Positions 15,361-23,048 of a stretch of 34,921 nt of DNA are shown in pieces. A program made the position numbers and the translations under genes. Source of the DNA: a virus (taxonomy: Duplodnaviria; Caudoviricetes); IMG/VR virus record IMGVR_UViG_3300037478_000353, positions 1-34,921 of that record; one strand, 5' to 3'. Within the stretch, counting starts at the first letter, position 1, and each line of letters opens with the position of its first letter. The notes beneath the pieces are model-generated. The model saw only the letters and a list, made by a program, of their open reading frames with translations. It was not told the origin of the DNA and ran no database searches.

Positions 15361-16338
15361 TTAGAACGGTGTGAATGCCCACGTCACGGCGTCGGCGGGC
15401 GTGGCGGAAAACTGTTTGAGCGCGGTCGGCATCGACGTCTCCGACAGCACCGTAACCTGCGCGGCGGGCGTGCCAACGAGCGAGACCAGGCACCCTTCGC
15501 CCGCCAGAGTCCCCGACGTCAGCCGTAGGAACCCCTTGAGCGTCGTGGCGCCCGCGTCGTAGTCGGTAAGGAACGTGGTCTCGGAGTTGCCGCCGTCGGT
15601 CGCAACCGCGCCGGTGATGACTCCGAAGAACGCCGCGAGCTCGGCCGTGAGCTCGTCACCGATCGCGGCAACCGCCGTACCGTTCGGCACGTCGACCAGG
15701 TCCATCTCGGAGCCAGGCACGGCAAGCCCGGACTGGATTGCAGCGATGGTGACCGCGTCTAGCGGAGGCGTCGGGAACAGCTCCCACGCTTCGTCGTCCT
15801 GGGGCGCGGCGGCGAGCGCAGTCGTCCAGCCTGCGACGCCCGTCCCGGTATTGTACGTCTCGACGATGCGGGCTTGGCGCACGGTCGGGAAGTAGAGCGT
15901 CATCCCGATGATCGAGTTCGCGGGCGCGTTCGTGCCGAGGTCGCCCGACGTGGTCGAGTGCGTGCCGCTGAACAGCCCGGAGAGCGCGGTTTCGTTGACG
16001 AGCCGGACGACGCCGCCGGTGACGAGCATGTCCGTAAACACACCACCGTAGCGGACGTACGACGACCCGTCGGTGCCGACCGCGCAGGCCGCGTCCGGGA
16101 GGTCGAGACTGCCAACGCCGTCCGACACATGGACGAGCCCGCCATCCGCATGGGCGCCGCCAGCCGTTTGCGTGGCCTCCGTGATCGCCACACGGGAGCC
16201 AAACTCCCGCTGGTACCAGAAGTCGACGCCGCCCGTGTCGAACGCGTAGCCGGTTTCGTCCGTGCCGTCGGTCGAGCTCATGACGTGGAAGGTGACCCTC
16301 ACATCGACGCTGCCCTTGACGACTTCGTGATTGTACAT
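15361..16338 (-). CDS. Putative virion structural protein with small beta-barrel modules
   Basis: AGGAG RBS; Gly/Thr/Ala/Asp-rich; contains a module shared with 25309-28836. Confidence 0.75.
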   Translation of the reverse strand: MYNHEVVKGSVDVRVTFHVMSSTDGTDETGYAFDTGGVDFWYQREFGSRVAITEATQTAGGAHADGGLVHVSDGVGSLDLPDAACAVGTDGSSYVRYGGVFTDMLVTGGVVRLVNETALSGLFSGTHSTTSGDLGTNAPANSIIGMTLYFPTVRQARIVETYNTGTGVAGWTTALAAAPQDDEAWELFPTPPLDAVTIAAIQSGLAVPGSEMDLVDVPNGTAVAAIGDELTAELAAFFGVITGAVATDGGNSETTFLTDYDAGATTLKGFLRLTSGTLAGEGCLVSLVGTPAAQVTVLSETSMPTALKQFSATPADAVTWAFTPF

Positions 16339-16347
16339 CTCTAGCTC

Positions 16348-17055
16348 CTATGCCATGCGTCTGCGTCGAATGATGGGTACGGCCGAGCCGCCGCCGCCCG
16401 TTGGCCGGATAGCGATTGCGCACATGCAGCCCATGTCGGCAGAAGTGCCCGTCGCGTGGACGGTCGGGTCACCCGTCGCCACCTCGGACGTGCCGAGCGC
16501 CTTCACGTGCGCGCCGGTCACGTCGCCCGAGTTCGTGAAGTAGTCTTGCGTGTCGCTCGTGGTAGGATCAGCACGACTGGCAAGCTCCGACGTGGCCCCG
16601 AGGATGATGTCGCCCGATGCTGTACCCGAGAGACTGGTGGTCTGCGACCCGTTTGTGGCAGATGAGAAGCCTGTGGCGACCACGTCCTCCCCGTCGTCCC
16701 AATAGTCCGCCGTGAGGACGTATTCCGTCTCGTCGGTCCCGATGTTGATCGCCACGCCGCCGTTGCTCATGGCGGCGACTTCCGTGGCGTCCAAGTGGTA
16801 GAACCCGGCTGCCGTAAACGGGGACTCCGTAAGCACATTGCGGGTTTCGATGTTGATCGCGACCGAGACACCGCCAAAATCCGCTGTCGCGGGGAGAATG
16901 CTGGAATCTCTCGTCGGCGCGGAGCCCGCCGCTGTACGCAGATGGGCACGGAGTGTGATCGCTGTAGCCGTACCCGGCACCGTCAGCGTCTCGTTGATGA
17001 CGTTGTCGAACGAGGCGGTCACGCCCGCGAACGTCTCTCGTGAGATGAATGCCAT
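16348..17055 (-). CDS. Beta-rich putative virion accessory protein
   Basis: Thr/Ser/Ala-rich; ends GGGGSAVPIIRRRRMA. Confidence 0.7.
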   Translation of the reverse strand: MAFISRETFAGVTASFDNVINETLTVPGTATAITLRAHLRTAAGSAPTRDSSILPATADFGGVSVAINIETRNVLTESPFTAAGFYHLDATEVAAMSNGGVAINIGTDETEYVLTADYWDDGEDVVATGFSSATNGSQTTSLSGTASGDIILGATSELASRADPTTSDTQDYFTNSGDVTGAHVKALGTSEVATGDPTVHATGTSADMGCMCAIAIRPTGGGGSAVPIIRRRRMA

Positions 17056-17056
17056 C

Positions 17057-18301
17057 TTACTTCCCGCTCACCTTGACGTCGCGCATGTACCAGTGGTGGC
17101 CCGTCGTCGAGTTGCTCCCCTGGTCGTGGTACCAGTTCATGCCGTCGAACCGGAAGAAGCTTTCTGCGTCCGGGGAGAAGGTCCGACCCGTCCAGACCCC
17201 GGCGGCGATCGGAGTCCCGTTGACGAATGTCGCCATCGTACCGTCGTTGCCCGTGGCCGAGCTCTCCGCGGTGAGCACCACCTCGAGGAGCCACTCGGTG
17301 TCGTCCGAGGTCGGAAATCCGTAGTTGACGTACCGGAACTGTGTGCCTGGTGGGCCCGGAAACTGGATCGTCTGCTCACCCGTGCATGGCACGAAGTAGA
17401 TTCTGTTAAAACCGGAGTTTTCCACGCCCAGGTAGTTCGCCTTTGCGGGATGGCTGTCGGCGCTGCACCCGTTCGTCTGGCCGGGCGGGATGTAGAGGCG
17501 CAGCGCGTAGTAGAGTGTGTCGAACGGACCACTGGCGTCTGATCCGCCGAGTCCGGCCGCCGTGCTCAGGCGGTCCCACGAGCGGAGCTTCCCACCACCA
17601 CCGCCGTCGCCGTTCTGATGATCGAAGCGGACCGACGTGCCCGTGCCTGTCGGATTGCCCGCATCGGCGACGATCTGCGCGGCAGGTGCGAACGCCTCGT
17701 GGTCGAACCAGCCGTCGGTGTTGTCGGTGAAGTCGCCTTCCAGTTCGTCGTAGATGCCGGGGTTGTTGTAGACCGTCGTCATCCCTGCGGGCTCATTCGG
17801 GTACAGCCCGGACCCTAATGCCATCTCGACACCCGCGAGCGTGCCCCATGCGCTCCAACCGCCGGCCTCGCCCTTGTACCGCATCCTGATGTCCACGACC
17901 GAAGCCGAGTCGAGCCCCGTCACCGTGTCTGTCGCGACCGAACCGAGCACCACGTCCCAATACTGAGGGCTGGAAAAGTCGCCGCCCGCCGTGTCCACCT
18001 GGATCGCCGTCGAGTCGTGCGCATCACCACCGGACCCAGAATACGACCCACCGAGCACGCGGAGGGAGTCGCCCGTAAATGCGAACACCACGGCGTCGAC
18101 CACTGGCGTCGCGGGTGGGTTGATCGCCGCCGGCACTCTACCCGATCCTCCACCCGCGGCCGATACGATGACCCCGCCACCGAAGATCGAGAGCGCGCCG
18201 TAGCTGAGGGCGGCACAGCTTGCCGCGATGAGCGGCCACCGCGACTCCCGGAGGATCTCGACCGTCCGGCTTTCGCCTTGGCGATCAGGAAGATTGCTCA
18301 C
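17057..18301 (-). CDS. Membrane-anchored/exported protein: Fn3-like domain plus jelly-roll (ConA/polysaccharide-lyase-like) domain
   Basis: GTG start after GGAGG; hydrophobic WPLIAASCAALSYGALSIFGGGVIV; Fn3-like TGLDS....IRMRY....GWSAW; C-terminal domain paralogous to 18664-19725. Confidence 0.72.
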   Translation of the reverse strand: MSNLPDRQGESRTVEILRESRWPLIAASCAALSYGALSIFGGGVIVSAAGGGSGRVPAAINPPATPVVDAVVFAFTGDSLRVLGGSYSGSGGDAHDSTAIQVDTAGGDFSSPQYWDVVLGSVATDTVTGLDSASVVDIRMRYKGEAGGWSAWGTLAGVEMALGSGLYPNEPAGMTTVYNNPGIYDELEGDFTDNTDGWFDHEAFAPAAQIVADAGNPTGTGTSVRFDHQNGDGGGGGKLRSWDRLSTAAGLGGSDASGPFDTLYYALRLYIPPGQTNGCSADSHPAKANYLGVENSGFNRIYFVPCTGEQTIQFPGPPGTQFRYVNYGFPTSDDTEWLLEVVLTAESSATGNDGTMATFVNGTPIAAGVWTGRTFSPDAESFFRFDGMNWYHDQGSNSTTGHHWYMRDVKVSGK

Positions 18302-18516
18302 GCTTCCTCCCTGCGGATCCACCACCCGAGGGCTAGATAATTGACCCCGAGCAGCCCCAGCGCCACGTAACCCCAGAACGAAAGCCACGACTGTATGTGG
18401 TATTCGTAAGGGAGAGAGAAGATGGATAGGAAGACCAGGACGGAGCCTAGTAGCGTATGGCCCCGCGCTTCCCTCCGACGCTTGCGGCGCCCGAGCATGT
18501 CCACTTCAATCCGCAT
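18298..18516 (-). CDS. Small two-TM membrane protein
   Basis: Arg-rich N-terminus and two hydrophobic stretches. Confidence 0.6.
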   Translation of the reverse strand: MRIEVDMLGRRKRRREARGHTLLGSVLVFLSIFSLPYEYHIQSWLSFWGYVALGLLGVNYLALGWWIRREEA

Positions 18517-18667
18517 CACGCTTCCTCTCCTTCCAGCGTTCCACGATCTCGTCGATGGCCGTATCGGCACGGGCCTTCGCCTTCTCCGACGCTCGCAGTA
18601 CGACCGTGGCAGCAGCCGAAGCGGCCACCACCTTCACAGCCGTCAAGACGGGGCGAACCAGCTTCAT
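18506..18667 (-). CDS. Small protein with amphipathic N-terminus
   Basis: MKLVRPVLTAVKVVAASAAATVVL...; ATGA overlap with the upstream gene. Confidence 0.55.
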   Translation of the reverse strand: MKLVRPVLTAVKVVAASAAATVVLRASEKAKARADTAIDEIVERWKERKRDAD

Positions 18668-19725
18668 CGGCCGCTCACGTACCACTCGCGCTCGAGCCAG
18701 TGGTGAGCACCGGCCGGTAGCGCGTACTGCGTGTGATACAGCTCCATGCCGTCGAACAGCACGCCGGGCCGAGTCGGGTCGCTCCACGCAACGCCTGTCA
18801 GGTGCCGCACGAGCGAGCCGTTCACGTAGACACGGGCCTGGCCGTCACCCCGGCCGTTCGCGCTCTCGGCGGTCAGGTGCATCTCTAGGTGCCACGTCTC
18901 ACCCGACGCGGGTGGGTAGCGGAGGTCGAAGAAATAGTCGTTGGTCGTGCCGCCGCCCCCGAGCTGCTTGACGAGCCCCTCGTTGACGCAGCCGGTCATG
19001 TAAATCTGGTTCGCGCCGGCTCCGGTCTTCGCGTCCCGGTGCATCCCGAAGTAGAAGAACTTGAAGCCGTTGCTGATCCCCGAGTCGCACGCAGGCTGGC
19101 CCGCCGGGAAGAACCTGCGATGGGAGACGTAGAGCTCGCGCACGCCGTCGCGAGACGCGCCGCCTCCACCGAGCGACGTACCCAGGTCGCCCCAGCTTAG
19201 GAGCTTCGCGGCACCGCCGCCGCCGCCCGCCGGATGGGTAACGCGGATCGCCTTGCCGGAGCCTGTCGGATTCTGAGGATCGTCCACGATCGACGACCGC
19301 GCCGAGTACGAGTTGTCCCCCCACATCGGGCCGAGCCCGTGCCGCCCGTCATTGTTGTAGAGGACGGTCATCCCCGTGGGCTCGTTCGGGTGCAGTTGGC
19401 TGTTCGGGGGAGGCGGGTCCGGATCAGGCTCTGGTTCGGGCTCGGGCTCTGGCTCAGGTTCGGGCTCCGGCTCAGGTTCGGGCTCCGGTTCCGGCTCCGG
19501 ATCCACCACCCCCGCCAGCGAGTCCGCGACGATCCGCGCGTGGACGGCATCGTAGAGCGTCCGCAGGTGCAACAGGCTCGCGTCCGCCTCGACGAGCTGG
19601 TTCTCCGCGCGAGCGATCGCGAACGTGATTCTCTGCCGTAGTTGGCGGTCCGATGCCTCCTGCGCCGCCAGCGGGGATGCCAACAGGGTTAGGGCGAGCG
19701 CCCACAGTAGGTATCGTCTCATCAT
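18664..19725 (-). CDS. Secreted protein: signal peptide, coiled coil, (EP)n linker, jelly-roll-like domain
   Basis: MMRRYLLWALALTLLASPLAA|Q Sec signal; 12 EP units; HPNEPTGM...W.LE..L.......DG...VYVNG. Confidence 0.8.
   Translation of the reverse strand: MMRRYLLWALALTLLASPLAAQEASDRQLRQRITFAIARAENQLVEADASLLHLRTLYDAVHARIVADSLAGVVDPEPEPEPEPEPEPEPEPEPEPEPEPDPDPPPPNSQLHPNEPTGMTVLYNNDGRHGLGPMWGDNSYSARSSIVDDPQNPTGSGKAIRVTHPAGGGGGAAKLLSWGDLGTSLGGGGASRDGVRELYVSHRRFFPAGQPACDSGISNGFKFFYFGMHRDAKTGAGANQIYMTGCVNEGLVKQLGGGGTTNDYFFDLRYPPASGETWHLEMHLTAESANGRGDGQARVYVNGSLVRHLTGVAWSDPTRPGVLFDGMELYHTQYALPAGAHHWLEREWYVSGR
19405..19503 (-). repeat. Degenerate hexamer repeat encoding the (EP)12/DP/PPPP linker
   Basis: GARCCN units with varying third positions. 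Confidence 0.9.
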
Positions 19726-19762
19726 GCTACCTCACTTCGGCAATAAGAAATCCTGCAATCAG

Positions 19763-20323
19763 TCATCCGGCGTCCCTCCACTCGGGCAGGCCACGCGAGC
19801 GCAGTGCCTCGTTCGCCATCACCAGCAGATCGCCCGTGACAGATAGAGGTGGGAGTTTGGCGGCCAAGGCGACGTGGGGGAGGTCGTCAAAGCTCTGGTC
19901 GAACAGGTCGCCGTCCATGTCCCAATCGATGCCCTGCTGGATGGCGATCCCGTGCTCGTGGGCCACTCTGTAGATGATGCCCTGCATGTAGTAGAAACGG
20001 TGCGCCTTCTTCTGCCTCACCACGGGCGTGTCCGAGTCGAGCGGCCACGGGTTCACGCCACTCGCGTACGGCACCACGTCGAGCGCCATCGCCGGGGCCG
20101 ACGAGTCGTACTCGCCGTCGTCGTTGCGTGGGATGTGATCCGAGTTGAGCGTCTTCGACACGCCCTTCGTGATGTTGCGAATCTGCTCCTCGATCGTGCG
20201 CGCGCCCTGGATGATCTTCACGTCGTAGACCTCGATCACGTCTGCCATGATGATCTGTAGATCGTGGTGGGCCGTGACGAGCGCAGCCTGGGAGGCGCGA
20301 CCGTAGGAGTAGGGTCCGGGCAT
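19763..20323 (-). CDS. Endolysin, M15-family peptidase (T5-like L-Ala-D-Glu peptidase)
   Basis: G.RT.EEQ......G.SKT.NSDH...ALD..PY...G.DW..DG....F.DLPH; start at the TGATG junction. Confidence 0.88.
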   Translation of the reverse strand: MPGPYSYGRASQAALVTAHHDLQIIMADVIEVYDVKIIQGARTIEEQIRNITKGVSKTLNSDHIPRNDDGEYDSSAPAMALDVVPYASGVNPWPLDSDTPVVRQKKAHRFYYMQGIIYRVAHEHGIAIQQGIDWDMDGDLFDQSFDDLPHVALAAKLPPLSVTGDLLVMANEALRSRGLPEWRDAG

Positions 20324-20490
20324 CAGACCCAACGCAGCAAATACAAGATGAACACCACGCCAGCCAACACGTAGAGCACCCACTTGACCGGCGGCGCATT
20401 CGCGGGCAGCGGCAAGATCGAGATCAGCCAGCACACCACCACGAAGATGAGTAGGGCGATCACGATGGAGAAAATCGCGGCTTCGGTCAT
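20323..20490 (-). CDS. Small two-TM protein, holin candidate
   Basis: MTEAAIFSIVIALLIFVVVCWLISILPLPANAPPVKWVLYVLAGVVFILYLLRWV; AAGGAGG RBS; not in the ORF track. Confidence 0.7.
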   Translation of the reverse strand: MTEAAIFSIVIALLIFVVVCWLISILPLPANAPPVKWVLYVLAGVVFILYLLRWV

Positions 20491-20491
20491 G

Positions 20492-20779
20492 TTACCCTCC
20501 CTTGAATCTGAGCACGATCACGTCCCGAATCACCGTGTACGGGACGACATTTCCAGCGACCATCACGCCGAGAAACGAGCCGCCGAGCACGAACGTGTTA
20601 TCCCTCCAGAGCGCCGTGAGGAACGCGACCGCGCAGAGCGCGACGCCCATGCCTCCGGCCCACGCGCGGAGCCGCTTCGCGCGCGCGTCCTCAATCGCCT
20701 CCTCCTCACGGACGATCGCCTGGGGGTGGATCTCGTCGTCCCCGGAGCGGATGTCGACCGTCGTTGTGGTGGTGCTCAT
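20492..20779 (-). CDS. Two-TM protein, holin candidate
   Basis: Two hydrophobic segments in the C-terminal half; next to the endolysin. Confidence 0.62.
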   Translation of the reverse strand: MSTTTTTVDIRSGDDEIHPQAIVREEEAIEDARAKRLRAWAGGMGVALCAVAFLTALWRDNTFVLGGSFLGVMVAGNVVPYTVIRDVIVLRFKGG

Positions 20780-21036
20780 TTACCCTCTCGGCGTTCGAGG
20801 CCCGCGACGTTGACTTCCGTAACGGTGACCCGATGGTTCAACTGCTTGAGCTCACCGAGCACATCCCTGAGCACCAACTCGATGCGAGCGCTGCTTCTCT
20901 CCATGGTTTGGAGTCCCATTTCACGCAACTCCCGTTCGGATCTCTGCGCCGCCCGAAGCCCGACGTAGACGCTGCCACCCGGTCCGATCACGAGGACCGC
21001 GAGCCCGACTATCACCATTAGGTTGTTGACTTCCAT
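20776..21036 (-). CDS. N-terminal TM plus coiled-coil protein (lysis-region type)
   Basis: GGAGG RBS; LMVIVGLAVLVIG then heptad-like region. Confidence 0.7.
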   Translation of the reverse strand: MEVNNLMVIVGLAVLVIGPGGSVYVGLRAAQRSERELREMGLQTMERSSARIELVLRDVLGELKQLNHRVTVTEVNVAGLERREGK

Positions 21037-21048
21037 ATCCTCCCTCCC

Positions 21049-21633
21049 TCACGCGGTCCTCCACGCGGCACGAGCAAACAAGCCGAACGCACCGAGTCGG
21101 GCGCCCTGGTAGGCGTACCACCAGCCCGTCGCGACCGGGTAATTCCGGAACGTGACCGCGTAGAGCACGTAGCAGAGCGAGGCGAGCAGGCAGAACGTGA
21201 TGAGCGTCGGGGCAAGGTCGTCGGGTCCGGCGAACAGGTAGAAGCTGAGCACGATCACGGATCCGACGACGGTCACCGTCCACTCGGGATGATCGAGCGA
21301 GCCCTGGAATGCGAGCCACGCGGCGAACGCGATAGCCCCGAGCGCGAGCCACCACAGAATCGTCGGCAGCAGCGCGCGCGCGAGAAGCGCGAACATGATC
21401 GGCGGCCACACGTAGGTGTTGAGCCACGCGCCGTCAGAGAGTCCAGCTTCCACGTCGAGCCGCTGCACAAAGTCACCGACGACGACCGACGAGGCGAACG
21501 CGATGGCGACGATCCAGAATACCGCCTTCGCGTCGGGCCGGAGCACCAGCAGCACCAACAGGGGAATCACCGACATCCCGATGGACGCCGTCGATGCAGC
21601 GTACACCACGTCGGTCCGGAACAGCACGTCCAT
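21049..21633 (-). CDS. Polytopic membrane protein (6-7 TM)
   Basis: ATG at the TGATG junction 21633; 194 aa, almost entirely hydrophobic helices. Confidence 0.8.
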   Translation of the reverse strand: MDVLFRTDVVYAASTASIGMSVIPLLVLLVLRPDAKAVFWIVAIAFASSVVVGDFVQRLDVEAGLSDGAWLNTYVWPPIMFALLARALLPTILWWLALGAIAFAAWLAFQGSLDHPEWTVTVVGSVIVLSFYLFAGPDDLAPTLITFCLLASLCYVLYAVTFRNYPVATGWWYAYQGARLGAFGLFARAAWRTA

Positions 21634-21917
21634 CACTCGCACGCCTCGGGCGGGAGCGGCGGGCAGTTGGTGGACGCGTTGAACGCGCCGACGCCGGGCA
21701 CTTCGGCCCACGACTCGGGTGTGCCGTCTTCTTTCCTCCCCGACCGGATGACCAGCTTCGCCGGCCCGATCAGGCCCTCGTCCTCCTGGCGGATCGCGCG
21801 ACCGAGCGCCGCGTGGATCTCGCGCACCGTACGCGAGTCCTTGAACGCGACCGTATCGCACGTGACCTTCGCGTTCTTGTGACGGGCGACCGAAGCCTTC
21901 ATTCCTTCGTAGCTCAT
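21633..21917 (-). CDS. Small protein with C-terminal N..TNCPPLPPEAC motif
   Basis: AGGAG RBS; coupled to both neighbours. Confidence 0.75.
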   Translation of the reverse strand: MSYEGMKASVARHKNAKVTCDTVAFKDSRTVREIHAALGRAIRQEDEGLIGPAKLVIRSGRKEDGTPESWAEVPGVGAFNASTNCPPLPPEACE

Positions 21918-22255
21918 GGCACGACTCCTAGCAGGTTGAGGGCGCTCAGGATGAGCGACAGTACAACGCCGACGACGGTCGCGATTTCACCCTTCGTGCG
22001 CCACCTCGCCGCCTTGGTTTTCTCGCGCACTTCCTCCGACAGGTAGATCTGGTGCGGGTGCGCACGCAGTTCGTCGATCTCGGCCCGGAGCGCGTCGAGT
22101 CGATCCTCGTGGCGCCGAATCTTCTCGAGGACCCCGGCGTCACCGTTGTTGCCGCGGAGCATCCGGTCGAAGTCACGGAAGCCGTTGCGGATCTCCGAGA
22201 TCATCTCCTCCACGTGGGAACGTGGGGCCTCGTCAGGCACGGGCTTGGGTCCCAT
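21914..22255 (-). CDS. Coiled-coil protein with C-terminal TM helix
   Basis: LRGNNGDAGV..KIRRHEDRL... then IATVVGVVLSLILSALNLLG; typical lysis-region architecture. Confidence 0.7.
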   Translation of the reverse strand: MGPKPVPDEAPRSHVEEMISEIRNGFRDFDRMLRGNNGDAGVLEKIRRHEDRLDALRAEIDELRAHPHQIYLSEEVREKTKAARWRTKGEIATVVGVVLSLILSALNLLGVVP

Positions 22256-22376
22256 CGGGCTTCCGTGGAAAGAGGAGATGCCAGAACTCGACGAGCTGGC
22301 GGCAGGTGAACACGATCTCGACGAGCTGACTCTGGGCCTCGTGGCTCCGCTCAATCGCCTTCGTCGTCTTACACAT
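22233..22376 (-). CDS. Possible small hypothetical protein
   Basis: GAGGA RBS before ATG 22376; 47 aa. Confidence 0.3.
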   Translation of the reverse strand: MCKTTKAIERSHEAQSQLVEIVFTCRQLVEFWHLLFPRKPDGTQARA

Positions 22377-22450
22377 CACGAAGTCCTCGCGTGAAGAAAG
22401 GACGCGGCTGTATCGTAGAGATGTGGCACCCAACCCGTTGGAGGTACCAA

Positions 22451-22663
22451 ATGAAGTGGCTCCCCTTGCTGGCGGCCCTGGCTGTCGGCGGCTGCATGGT
22501 CGACGGTCGCTCCATCGTTGGCCCCGAAGATCCCGACTACGCCGCGCTCTGCGCTGACTCGACGATGACCGACTCGACGCTGGTCTGCATCGGGGACGTG
22601 ACCGGCACGACGGTCGACGTCGTGGTCGCTAACCCGTGGCCTGCGCCGGATACCGCTAGCTGA
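22451..22663 (+). CDS. Small lipoprotein
   Basis: GGAGG RBS; MKWLPLLAALAVGG|C lipobox; two further Cys. Confidence 0.72.
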   Translation: MKWLPLLAALAVGGCMVDGRSIVGPEDPDYAALCADSTMTDSTLVCIGDVTGTTVDVVVANPWPAPDTAS

Positions 22664-22664
22664 C

Positions 22665-23048
22665 ATGATCAACGCTCGCATTTTGGCACTGACCCTGCTC
22701 TGCGGGTGCTCGGTCACGGATCTCGCTGACCGTGAAATCATCGGCACGCGCGCGGCTGACCCTGCGCTCGTTGAGTCTTACCGCCCCATCTACGCATCCG
22801 TCGAAGCGTGCGTCGGACGGTACGGCAATTTCGACTCGGTCCGGTGGTGGGTCGCAGACATGATCATAATCAATGGCGCGGCGGTCTCTGGAAGGATCGA
22901 GTTTCCAAGCGACGTCATCATTCACGTATCCCGCGTCGAGACGTGGACGACAGTCCGGCACGAGATGGTCCACCACATTCTGCAGCTCGGCAACCGGCTC
23001 CACGACGCCAACGGCGACGTGCCGTGCGAGGTCGAGCGTCCGCACTAG
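22665..23048 (+). CDS. Lipoprotein with HExxH zincin metallopeptidase motif
   Basis: MINARILALTLLCG|C lipobox; TVRHEMVHHIL.....LH. Confidence 0.75.
   Translation: MINARILALTLLCGCSVTDLADREIIGTRAADPALVESYRPIYASVEACVGRYGNFDSVRWWVADMIIINGAAVSGRIEFPSDVIIHVSRVETWTTVRHEMVHHILQLGNRLHDANGDVPCEVERPH

Noticed and set aside
19426-19497. Phase-variable microsatellite
   Set aside because: In-frame hexamers with mixed synonymous codons; a protein linker, not an on/off slippage tract.
22287-22328. 12-bp direct repeat CTCGACGAGCTG
   Set aside because: Short, GC-rich, only two copies; plausible by chance.
22665-23048. ImmA/IrrE antirepressor protease
   Set aside because: Has a lipoprotein signal and lies far from the repressor, so it is unlikely to be cytoplasmic.
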